Of a stretch of 64,000 nt of DNA, positions 37,272 to 45,970 are shown piece after piece; positions within the stretch are counted from its first letter, which is position 1, and every line of letters starts with the position of its first letter. The notes below the pieces were generated by a model. That model saw only the letters and a program-made list of their open reading frames with translations. It did no database searches and was not told the origin of the DNA. The stretch comes from a virus (lineage: Duplodnaviria > Caudoviricetes), in IMG/VR virus record IMGVR_UViG_3300025889_000070. One strand, 5' to 3'. A program made the position numbers and the translations under genes.

Positions 37272-40200
37272 ATGCGTATACATGAAGCAATCCAGCAAGT
37301 TGTAGCTATATATCCTGGCAGATTTCACCCTTTCCACAAAGGTCACGCCAGTGTTTATACCTATCTACGCAATAAATTTGACACTGTCTTTATTGCTACC
37401 AGCGACAAGGTAGACCCCCCTAAAAGTCCTTTTAGTTTTGCTGAAAAGCGACAAATGATGATCGCGGCCGGAGTACCAGCGTCAGCTATTGTCCAAACTA
37501 AAAATCCCTATCAAGCACAGGAAATATTACAAGCCTATGATCCTGCTACAACAGCGGTTGTGTTTGCTGTAAGTGAAAAGGACATGGCTGAAGATCCGCG
37601 GTTTGCTTTTAAACCTAAAAAAGATGGGTCACCCAGTTATTTCCAACCCATGGCACCAAACGCAAAACAGTTACAAACCTTTGACAAGCATGGGTATATT
37701 ACAACCGTTCCCACACTAGACTTTACAGTACTAGGCGAACCCATGCGTAGCGCCACAGAACTACGTAGTAATTTTGCCGCGGCAGATGAAGAAACAAAAA
37801 AGAAAATAATTACTGATCTCTACGGCAAATATGACGACAATGTCTACAAAATTATGAGTACTAAGATCACTGAAGCAGAAGAAGATGATTCGTTTAAATA
37901 CCTGTCAAAAGCAGGCGATCCAGTTTATGGACATTCAGTGTTTGGCGGAAACAAAGGTGTAGCAGTTAAAGCATATAAAAACTTAAATCATATTATTAAC
38001 GATCTTAAAGAACTTGACCTAGAACAAAAATTGGACAAGGAAACAAAACGTAGAATATTACAACAGATAGAAGATATCAAGAACATTATATTAAGAATAC
38101 AAACAGAAAGCCAGATGCTGGAAGATTATGATAGACTGGGCGGTATTATTAAACGTATCTGGACACTAGACTTACAACGCCCTCTCAGTGAAGATGTAAA
38201 AAAGAATGTAATAAAGAATATTAGACTGGCAACAGAGGCATGGAGCGCAAAGTACAAGCGTAGCATAGACTGTGATAATCCACGAGGATTTAGTCAACGT
38301 GCTCACTGCCAAGGTCGTAAGAAAACAGAAAGTTTCCCTGATTTAGATATTGAAGATCTAGAAAAAGAAGAAAAGAGACAAAAAAAATTAAGAAGGCAGC
38401 GTGATTTAGACAAAATCCTTAGAGACATGGAGGGTATACAGCAGCAACTAGATCCTAGAGAATATCCAGGTATAGATGTGGACGTCTATAGACAAAGAAG
38501 GAAAAAATTCCGGAAGGACAATAAACCTTATTTGATCACTGGTTTGGATCAAGAAGAATTAGATGAAGGCGACTTAATACCCTTTCCAGATGATACAATA
38601 GTAATTGATAACGAAAGCGATCAGGACTGGTACGAACTTGGCAAAGACATTAGTGACCTTAGTAAGGCGAACAAACGGCACTATGGACATGCTAATTCAG
38701 ATACTATTATGAGTTTTATGGGTCCTGAAGAAATGAAGTTTGTTAGAGATAGAATTTCCAAGTTTACCGGCCTAAAAAATGCTATTACAAAACATACTCC
38801 TTACTATGAACTTACAAGGGAACAACAGGAAAGTTTATTAGGGAAAGTAAAAGATCTTACAGAGACAATTCGTAATATCCACAGTAAGTTAGCGGAAGGA
38901 TTTTCTCAACCACGATTTGATGTAGAATGGGAAGAAGCAAATCGTTATCCAGAGTTTCGAAAGATTGGCAAAGAAGCATGGATTGAACTTGCTAAAACTG
39001 GTCGGGCAGTAACCATTACAGATGCAAGTGATATTGAGAATACAGATGCAGCAGACCCAGATAGTTTCAAATCATTAGATCCAAACAAACAAAAACGTGC
39101 TCTGGCACAACTGGAAAAAGACAACGTTGAGATGCCAATCGTTGCTGTATATAGCGATGGCTACAAAGAACTAATTGGCGGCAATACAAGACTTACTGCT
39201 ATGATGGCTAAAAATGGTCAGGCAACTATATGGCAGTTTGAGGTTCCGGATTCTGTTGCAGAACTAGCGCAAGGTGTGGCGGAGTCAATTCGTAAGACTG
39301 GTAGTCAGTATACTGTTTACAGTAAAAAGGGTAAGCGCATGGGCACTTATCCCAGTAAAAAGCAGGCTAAGAAAAGACTACAGCAGATTGAATATTTTAA
39401 GCATGTTGGCGAGAGTAAGGACAACAATACAAGTCAAGGTTTTTTAGATAAAATTAAAATTGTAATTGACAAATTCATAGACAACAAAAACAGTGGAAAC
39501 ATGGATAGACTCGCCATGGATAAAAAAGAGCTTAACCAGGCAATTACCGCAGCAGCAAACAAGTATGGCGTGGATCCTGAAATTGCTATTAAAGTAGCAC
39601 AAGCAGAAGGTGGCACAATTTATCAAAGTAATATTATAAAAGGAAACAAACGAGAACGCAGTTACGGACCATTCCAACTTTACAAAGATGGTGGACTTGG
39701 CAATGAATATGAAAAAGAATATAATACTGATTTAAGTAAAGAAAATAGTCCTGAACTAATAAAAAGACAAATCGATTTTGCAATGAGAAAAGCAAAAGAG
39801 TTAGGCTGGAAACCCTGGTACGGCGCCGCTCGTGTAGGCATCGGAGATCGAGAAGGATTAGATACTCAAAAAATTTCAATAGGCGTTAATACTGCTCAAG
39901 CAGCCCAACCACCTAAGACAGATGTTACAGATTTTGAAAAAGCACTTCAAAGAGTGCAAAGTAAATTAAAAGAAGACGTTGCCAAAGACGTCAAAGATTT
40001 AGAAGCAGAGTTTCCCGGATTATACTTAGACTTATATAAAACAAAAGCAGGTTACATACTTGGCAAAATAGAACTACCTAAACAAGAACGTGGTTCGGGC
40101 ATTGGTACACGAGTTATGCAACGAATCGTTGACATAGCAGACAGTGAAGGTGAAGTTGTTGCACTAACGCCCGATACAGCATTTGGTGCTAGCAGTAAAG

Positions 40201-41852
40201 GCAGACTCGAAAAGTTCTACAAGCGTTTTGGTTTCGTATTCAACAAAGGACGCAACAAACATTATAGTTTTAGAGAAACAATGATTCGCTATCCTCAGGG
40301 CCCTGAAGCACGAGCAACAGTAAAAGATATAGCAGGCGAATCTCAACTAAATGAACGTGCTACTGATATAGTCTATCACTATACCACAATTGGCCCAGCA
40401 TTAAACATTTTAAAATCCGGTGAGTTTCAGTTAAGCAGCGTAGTAGGTGTCGATTCCGAGCAGGCTATTAATCCCCAGGGTTATAACTTTTTTCTAAGCA
40501 CTGCCCGCAGCAAAGGTGGCGAATACCACAGTAGAGTTGGCAATTCAGCAGTAATGTTTGTATTGAATGGACGTTGGATTAGTGATCGTTATCCAGTTAA
40601 ACCAGTGGATTATTGGGCTGGGTTCTCTATTGCTGGGCGTAACAAAGAAGCAGAGGATCGTATATTCAGCAAAGATCCTACTATGCCCATAGACCCTGTT
40701 ACAAGTATACATGTTTTACTAAAAGAAAAGCATCCATTTGCTAGTGCTAAGACCAGACAATTCATAATACAGGCAAAAATACTGGGTATACCAACTTACT
40801 TGTATAAAGATGAATCTGCGTGGAAATTACAGAATACTGCCAAAGCAGCCAGTGTAGAGCAAATGAAAAGTGAACTAAGTGGCCCAGAAACGTTTCGCAG
40901 TGGTGGTAGCGGATCGCGCTGGTTAAAACCCTGGCTTGAAGTTATATTTGGCAAAACCGACGCCGATCTAGGTAAAAAAGCTAAAGACTTGGTAAGAGGT
41001 TTCCGCTATTATCATAACGATGGCGATGACCACGGACTAGGAAATGAACTTAGCAATGCTAGAAAGCCAGGCAATTTAGACCGAGAAGATGCGGTTAAGA
41101 TTCTAAAGTTTATGCGACAGAATCGTATGGCCACACACAAAGATCTAGTAAACTATCTAGTAGACAAGTGGAAAGTAAAAGACGAATCCATAAACGAAGC
41201 AGGTGTTGGGCGTATTACTAAACAGAACGCAACCAAAGACGCACCAATTGGTAGCGAGTATGCAAACGTTAAGAAGCTAGGTTTGGGTAGTGGTAAGCCC
41301 AAAGAGCTACATGTTAAAGCAAGAAAGAATTCAGATCCCAATACACTATTCAATCTTGGACTTGCAGAAGACAAACATCGTGACGTTATAGTTCACTTTG
41401 TTGGATTTTGCCAGGATAAACTTAACCTGCCCAGTTTGCCAAAAATAACTGTAGCAGATAAAATTGATGACACAACCTTTGGTCAATATGATACAGAAAA
41501 TAAAGACATATGTGTAAGAACCGGTGACAGGCATATAATGGATGTGCTGAGAACACTAGCACACGAACTTGTACATCACAAACAGAGAACAATAACACCT
41601 GATTTAGATGGTAGCGATGGCAGTGATCATGAAAATCAAGCCAATGCTGTTGCTGGAGTACTACTAAGAAAGTATGGACAAAAGCATCCAAAACTATACG
41701 AACATCTACAGGAGAGAGCCAGCATAGGAATACCATTAAGCAGTGGACTTACAGTTACCCTAGCACCACATAGAGCTCTAAAGATTAAAAAATCCACGAA
41801 GGGGAGGCACAGCTATGAAAACCCTAAAACTAAACGAAAAAATTCTAAATGA
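37272..41852 (+). CDS. 1526-aa multidomain protein: HxGH nucleotidyltransferase, ParB/Srx-like, lysozyme/SLT-like, GNAT, ART-like and HExxH zincin modules
   Basis: YPGRFHPFHKGH; ELIGGNTRL; KYGVDPEIAIKVAQAEGG..SYGPFQL; RGSGIGTRVM..LEKFYKRFGF; VYHYT..NIL.SG; AHELVH. Confidence 0.8.
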   Translation: MRIHEAIQQVVAIYPGRFHPFHKGHASVYTYLRNKFDTVFIATSDKVDPPKSPFSFAEKRQMMIAAGVPASAIVQTKNPYQAQEILQAYDPATTAVVFAVSEKDMAEDPRFAFKPKKDGSPSYFQPMAPNAKQLQTFDKHGYITTVPTLDFTVLGEPMRSATELRSNFAAADEETKKKIITDLYGKYDDNVYKIMSTKITEAEEDDSFKYLSKAGDPVYGHSVFGGNKGVAVKAYKNLNHIINDLKELDLEQKLDKETKRRILQQIEDIKNIILRIQTESQMLEDYDRLGGIIKRIWTLDLQRPLSEDVKKNVIKNIRLATEAWSAKYKRSIDCDNPRGFSQRAHCQGRKKTESFPDLDIEDLEKEEKRQKKLRRQRDLDKILRDMEGIQQQLDPREYPGIDVDVYRQRRKKFRKDNKPYLITGLDQEELDEGDLIPFPDDTIVIDNESDQDWYELGKDISDLSKANKRHYGHANSDTIMSFMGPEEMKFVRDRISKFTGLKNAITKHTPYYELTREQQESLLGKVKDLTETIRNIHSKLAEGFSQPRFDVEWEEANRYPEFRKIGKEAWIELAKTGRAVTITDASDIENTDAADPDSFKSLDPNKQKRALAQLEKDNVEMPIVAVYSDGYKELIGGNTRLTAMMAKNGQATIWQFEVPDSVAELAQGVAESIRKTGSQYTVYSKKGKRMGTYPSKKQAKKRLQQIEYFKHVGESKDNNTSQGFLDKIKIVIDKFIDNKNSGNMDRLAMDKKELNQAITAAANKYGVDPEIAIKVAQAEGGTIYQSNIIKGNKRERSYGPFQLYKDGGLGNEYEKEYNTDLSKENSPELIKRQIDFAMRKAKELGWKPWYGAARVGIGDREGLDTQKISIGVNTAQAAQPPKTDVTDFEKALQRVQSKLKEDVAKDVKDLEAEFPGLYLDLYKTKAGYILGKIELPKQERGSGIGTRVMQRIVDIADSEGEVVALTPDTAFGASSKGRLEKFYKRFGFVFNKGRNKHYSFRETMIRYPQGPEARATVKDIAGESQLNERATDIVYHYTTIGPALNILKSGEFQLSSVVGVDSEQAINPQGYNFFLSTARSKGGEYHSRVGNSAVMFVLNGRWISDRYPVKPVDYWAGFSIAGRNKEAEDRIFSKDPTMPIDPVTSIHVLLKEKHPFASAKTRQFIIQAKILGIPTYLYKDESAWKLQNTAKAASVEQMKSELSGPETFRSGGSGSRWLKPWLEVIFGKTDADLGKKAKDLVRGFRYYHNDGDDHGLGNELSNARKPGNLDREDAVKILKFMRQNRMATHKDLVNYLVDKWKVKDESINEAGVGRITKQNATKDAPIGSEYANVKKLGLGSGKPKELHVKARKNSDPNTLFNLGLAEDKHRDVIVHFVGFCQDKLNLPSLPKITVADKIDDTTFGQYDTENKDICVRTGDRHIMDVLRTLAHELVHHKQRTITPDLDGSDGSDHENQANAVAGVLLRKYGQKHPKLYEHLQERASIGIPLSSGLTVTLAPHRALKIKKSTKGRHSYENPKTKRKNSK

Positions 41853-42138
41853 GGAGAAACTATATGATGAACAATTACAACAATGCCTGGAAGAACTTGA
41901 ACAACTCATTGAAGATTTTAAAGGTCGTGCCAAACCTGGTAGTAGGCCAGGAAGTCTAAAGAGAAAAGCAAGTCAGTATTTAGGCAAAGGCGTAGGAGAT
42001 AAGTTAAGTAAAAGTGAACTAAGACGACTTAGAGCTAAGGCAAACAAAATGAAAACTTCTGATAAAAAAGAAGAGCGTGATCGTGGCATACAACTGGGTC
42101 GTCAAGTAAGTTTTGCTTTTAACATGCGGAAAGAATAA
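41815..42138 (+). CDS. Basic hypothetical protein, internal-protein-like N-terminus
   Basis: MKTLKLNEKILNE|E; K/R-rich C-terminal part. Confidence 0.65.
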   Translation: MKTLKLNEKILNEEKLYDEQLQQCLEELEQLIEDFKGRAKPGSRPGSLKRKASQYLGKGVGDKLSKSELRRLRAKANKMKTSDKKEERDRGIQLGRQVSFAFNMRKE

Positions 42139-42401
42139 TGAAACTAGTATGTGAAATACACACAAAAGACAGTTCTAATACTCCCAGTTATAGAGTTTAT
42201 GTTAACGGCGAGTTAATGACGGAACGTGATTATGTTGTTCCAGAAACAGAGCAGGGACACTATAACTTTGTGTGTGATCTAGATTTACCAGCCGGCGAAA
42301 ATAAACTGGAAGTTGTAGGTATAAATCATGAGTTCGGACTGGGTAAAATGTGGCTGGATAGACGAAAGATTATTCACAACCAGGGAGTATTTACGTTATG
42401 A
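42138..42401 (+). CDS. Hypothetical protein
   Basis: TAATG-coupled ORF. Confidence 0.65.
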   Translation: MKLVCEIHTKDSSNTPSYRVYVNGELMTERDYVVPETEQGHYNFVCDLDLPAGENKLEVVGINHEFGLGKMWLDRRKIIHNQGVFTL

Positions 42402-42589
42402 AAATTCATGAACTATTGGAAACAGCAAGTACCGGCGCTACAACAAGTGGTAATATTGCCACTGTAGCTAATCCCAGTGTAGCCCGGTCAAACGGCAAGC
42501 CAAAAATGCAAAAACCCACTGACAATGCCCTAGACAATGATGTCAACTTGTTTAGTGGTGGTGCTATCAAACGTAATAAGCAGCGTTAG
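42398..42589 (+). CDS. Small internal-protein-like ORF
   Basis: MKIHELLE|T N-terminus; GGGAG RBS. Confidence 0.7.
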   Translation: MKIHELLETASTGATTSGNIATVANPSVARSNGKPKMQKPTDNALDNDVNLFSGGAIKRNKQR

Positions 42590-42621
42590 CATAAATACAC
42601 ATATAACTTGCAGGGATTCAT

Positions 42622-43170
42622 ATGGATAACTTTAGACATTTAATTGATTTAATTGACACTAACTCCAGCAATACTTTGACTGAGTCTCAAACCCAGCTAG
42701 TTCATGAATGGATAGTTGATTTTTTACATGATCATATTACCAAAGAGGAACTGCTTATAAAGATAGATGAATCTGGTTTAGATAGAGAACAAGTTAAGGA
42801 AGCCTTTTGGGCACCATTCACTGCGTTAGCGGGTGCGGGCATCGGCGCCGCGGCCGTTGCAGCTGATAAAGGTCTCAATCCATTAAAATGGAGCAAAGGT
42901 GACTGGGCTAGCATAGGCACAGATGCCGCATTAGGTGCTACTGGTGCAGGATTAGCTGGAGTAGCAGGTCGTGCTCTAGCAAAAACAGGAGCCAAAAAGG
43001 GCGGGCAGTGGCTTGCTAAAAAACTTACTGGCACCAATGCAACTAAAGCAGCAGCAAATGTAACAAACAAACAAATAGCTAAAAATGCGGCCAAGACTGG
43101 AGGAAAATGGGGTGCTACTACCGCAGCTATAGATAGTGGCATTAATCTTATGGGCGCCGGCAGCGCATAA
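42622..43170 (+). CDS. Gly/Ala-rich protein with glycine-zipper-like hydrophobic segments
   Basis: LTE|S and VKE|A sites; GAGIGAAAVA, GATGAGLAGVAG; late motif 42591-42597. Confidence 0.65.
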   Translation: MDNFRHLIDLIDTNSSNTLTESQTQLVHEWIVDFLHDHITKEELLIKIDESGLDREQVKEAFWAPFTALAGAGIGAAAVAADKGLNPLKWSKGDWASIGTDAALGATGAGLAGVAGRALAKTGAKKGGQWLAKKLTGTNATKAAANVTNKQIAKNAAKTGGKWGATTAAIDSGINLMGAGSA

Positions 43171-43191
43171 TGTATATACAGGGAAATAGTA

Positions 43192-44400
43192 ATGAGATTT
43201 AATGAATTTAATAATACATTAACAGAACAAGAAAAACATGTTAATCACCAGCTAAAACTCTTTTTGGAAGGTTCTATCACAAAACAAGATTTTATAGAAA
43301 CTTTGCAAAAAAGCAAACTTGATGAAATCGACTTCACGAAATTGGCTAAGTTAGGCAGTGCAGGTTGGGGAAAGGTCCAGGACTTTTTTTCAGGTGCAGG
43401 AAAAGGTTTTGGTGGTGCATCGGGTCAAGCACGGGACCAGGCTGGGCGATACGTTAGTAAAGGCAGCGCAATGCAGAGAGGGCAAAATGTTGGCGGAGCT
43501 GTTCGAAACAATCCCGGTAAGGTTGCCGCCGGCGCCGCGGCCGCCGGCGCGGTCGCCGGATCAGCATTAGGAAACAATGATATCGTTGACGCAAACACAG
43601 CCATGGCTGCTCCAACAACTGCTCCAGCTAACATGGATGATAGTAGTTTTGGCAAAGCATTTGCAGCAGCACGTAAACAACACGGCGGCCCTGGTGGTAA
43701 ATTTACATGGCGTGGTAAAGAATATCAAACAAATGTCAAAGGCGAAAAGTACGTAAAAAATCCAACAGCAGTTAGCTTTGGCGGTTCAGCGAATCCTCCA
43801 AGAAAACCAGCTACAGGACCAGGTGGGGGACAAGGTGAGACACCTGTTCAATCTGGTGGCGCAGCCGGCGAGTTTGGTGGAACTCCAACAACTACTCAAA
43901 CACCTGTTCAATCTGGTGGTGCAGCCGGCGAGTTTGGTGGAACTCAAACAACTACTCCAACACCTGTTCAATCTGGTGGTGCAGCCGGCGAGTTTGGTGG
44001 AACTCAAACAACTACTCCAACACCCGCTCAACCAGCTACAGGACCAACTGATAATCAAATAGCAACAAGAATACTAGCAAGAACCGCTGCTAAAGACTTA
44101 ACAGGTAAAGATTTATCAAATCAAGAACTTCTAAGAGGATTAAAAGCAGACATAAAAAAGGGTGGAGTAGGCACGGCAGGATTGATGCAAAAAATGCGTA
44201 ATATTGAGAGAGGTGACATGGGCGATGATAGTGAATTTGCTGATACTGGTGCAATGACTAGAAAAACTGAAAAAATGCCTAAAGCGTTTGGCATTGGACC
44301 GCGTGTTGATGATACAAAAGGTGGTGAAACAGTTAAAACTCCGTTTGGATTTAGTTATAAAACTCTACCAAAAGCCAATGATCTTAGCGATAGAAATTAA
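43192..44400 (+). CDS. Gly/Ala/Thr-rich protein with tandem repeats
   Basis: MRFNEF..LTE; FGKAFAAARK..FTWRGKEYQT module; 3 x 20-aa repeats. Confidence 0.7.
   Translation: MRFNEFNNTLTEQEKHVNHQLKLFLEGSITKQDFIETLQKSKLDEIDFTKLAKLGSAGWGKVQDFFSGAGKGFGGASGQARDQAGRYVSKGSAMQRGQNVGGAVRNNPGKVAAGAAAAGAVAGSALGNNDIVDANTAMAAPTTAPANMDDSSFGKAFAAARKQHGGPGGKFTWRGKEYQTNVKGEKYVKNPTAVSFGGSANPPRKPATGPGGGQGETPVQSGGAAGEFGGTPTTTQTPVQSGGAAGEFGGTQTTTPTPVQSGGAAGEFGGTQTTTPTPAQPATGPTDNQIATRILARTAAKDLTGKDLSNQELLRGLKADIKKGGVGTAGLMQKMRNIERGDMGDDSEFADTGAMTRKTEKMPKAFGIGPRVDDTKGGETVKTPFGFSYKTLPKANDLSDRN
43840..44025 (+). repeat. Coding tandem repeat, 3 x 60 bp (TPVQSGGAAGEFGGTxTTTx)
   Basis: ACACCTGTTCAATCTGGTGG at 43840, 43900 and 43960; flanked by CCAGCTACAGGACCA at 43807 and 44032. 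Confidence 0.95.
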
Positions 44401-44414
44401 TAGGATTTTATACG

Positions 44415-45446
44415 ATGAAAGACATACTAGACAAACTTGATAATATTATAAACGAAGGCATGCTGGGTGATATGGCTCATGCCTGTGAAGCAGATCATGA
44501 AGTTCAAATGGCCCGAGCAGACCTTTACAAAATTGCCAAGTATGCTATTAAACTACACGACATAATGAAGAGTGTTAGTGAAATTCAGGGTATCCAGGGC
44601 TGGCAACAGGCAAAGATTACCAAAGCTGCTGATTATTTGAGCAGTGTATATCACAACATGGACTATGAAATGAGTCCACTTAATCAGCCTGAAGTAGAAC
44701 CTGATGAGGCAATGCAGCGGATGGCTTTTGATCTTGCTAGTGAAAGCAAAGAGACAGTTAAAGAAAGTAGAATGAGCTACAGTGATGCAGAAAAATTAGG
44801 CAGCGCCGGCGCAAGTAAAATTGATAATGTTCTTCGTAGAAAAATTTATGACATGGGCAAAGACATCAGAGACATTGAGCCTGGCACTTTAGATAGGATG
44901 AGATATCAGGTGGCAAAAGAACTAGGACTTGTTGAATCTATAGAAATTGATGAGGGTTCGAAAACATTTGGTTCTGCTAGGAAAAAGGCAGAGGCTAGCA
45001 GACAACGAGCAATAGAAAAAGCAAAGAGATGGATGAAGTCTACTGGGAAATCCGCCGAGGACGCAGTAAAAGAATTTGATTTGTTTCCTAGTGATATTAG
45101 AAAACTCAAAGAAGAAGCAGGGTATACCGACGAAGAACGTAAAGCTATGGACGATTTAGTTAATTCACTTGGAGCACTTGGAGGTCATAGGGATATGAAG
45201 AAGCCTAGATATGACCCAGATATGGTGAAGAAGCCTGGATATGACCCAGATATAATCGTGCAGCAGCCTAGATATGACCCAGATATGGTGAAGAAGCCTG
45301 GATATGACCCACGGGTCTATGACCCGGGTATGGAACGTGATCGTACACAAGGTTTAGATCAAGATTTTAGCAAGCGTGTGCAACAACAAAATCAAAAGAA
45401 TATGAAGTTAAACAATAGTAAATTCAGCGATTGGGGTAAAAAATAA
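44415..45446 (+). CDS. Modular hypothetical protein with YDP repeats
   Basis: INE|G, VKE|S, IDE|G, LKE|E sites; DHEVQMARADLYK module. Confidence 0.7.
   Translation: MKDILDKLDNIINEGMLGDMAHACEADHEVQMARADLYKIAKYAIKLHDIMKSVSEIQGIQGWQQAKITKAADYLSSVYHNMDYEMSPLNQPEVEPDEAMQRMAFDLASESKETVKESRMSYSDAEKLGSAGASKIDNVLRRKIYDMGKDIRDIEPGTLDRMRYQVAKELGLVESIEIDEGSKTFGSARKKAEASRQRAIEKAKRWMKSTGKSAEDAVKEFDLFPSDIRKLKEEAGYTDEERKAMDDLVNSLGALGGHRDMKKPRYDPDMVKKPGYDPDIIVQQPRYDPDMVKKPGYDPRVYDPGMERDRTQGLDQDFSKRVQQQNQKNMKLNNSKFSDWGKK
45196..45325 (+). repeat. Coding short repeats (KPRYDPDMVKKPGYDP)
   Basis: TATGACCC recurs five times; GCCTAGATATGACCCAGATATGGTGAAGAAGCCTGGATATGACCC is duplicated. Confidence 0.85.
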
Positions 45447-45967
45447 TGAGCGATTTTGCAAGTTTAGTAGCAAAGCTAAATGAAATTAGTGCCAATGAGG
45501 ACACGCTAACAGAAAGTGAAGTCTCCGGAGTAAACCTTTATCAGCCTGTGGAAACCATTAAGGGCACAAAATCTACTGCTAATATCCTACGCAAGTTTAG
45601 TGAAATACAGGATGAGATTATTGCTGAAGAACGTCAAATGGAAGAAGATGTTGTAAGTGATATCCGTACACGTTACAGCGACTTTATGAAAAGCGAAACA
45701 GCCCAAGGCAACGATCTAAACACAATCAATGTTGCAGTTAAAGAAGCAACGAGTTCTGCAATGGCTATTGATGATAGTTTTAACAAAATGTTTAATATGA
45801 TGGACCGCTTGTTGAAAGTAACAGGAGAAGATGCTGTTCTCAGTAGAATGGTAGAGCGTGAAGGCGGTGATCCTTCATGGATTGCAGACGCACATCAAAA
45901 ACTCGTTGAAGCTATGGAAGCTCTAGAAGAAGCTCATATGTATGCTGTTAGAGAATTAGAGAAATAA
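45446..45967 (+). CDS. Acidic helical hypothetical protein
   Basis: KLNEI..LTE|S, VKE|A. Confidence 0.7.
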   Translation: MSDFASLVAKLNEISANEDTLTESEVSGVNLYQPVETIKGTKSTANILRKFSEIQDEIIAEERQMEEDVVSDIRTRYSDFMKSETAQGNDLNTINVAVKEATSSAMAIDDSFNKMFNMMDRLLKVTGEDAVLSRMVEREGGDPSWIADAHQKLVEAMEALEEAHMYAVRELEK

Positions 45968-45970
45968 AAA

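Noticed and set aside
41706-42138. Programmed frameshift joining the 1526-aa ORF to ORF 41815
   Set aside because: ORF 41815 has its own GAGG RBS and a leader-like N-terminus; no clear slippery heptamer
43840-44025. 60-bp repeats (and 63-bp repeats at 46615-46786) as a CRISPR array
   Set aside because: Head-to-tail with no unique spacers, lengths are multiples of 3, in frame within proteins, and no cas genes
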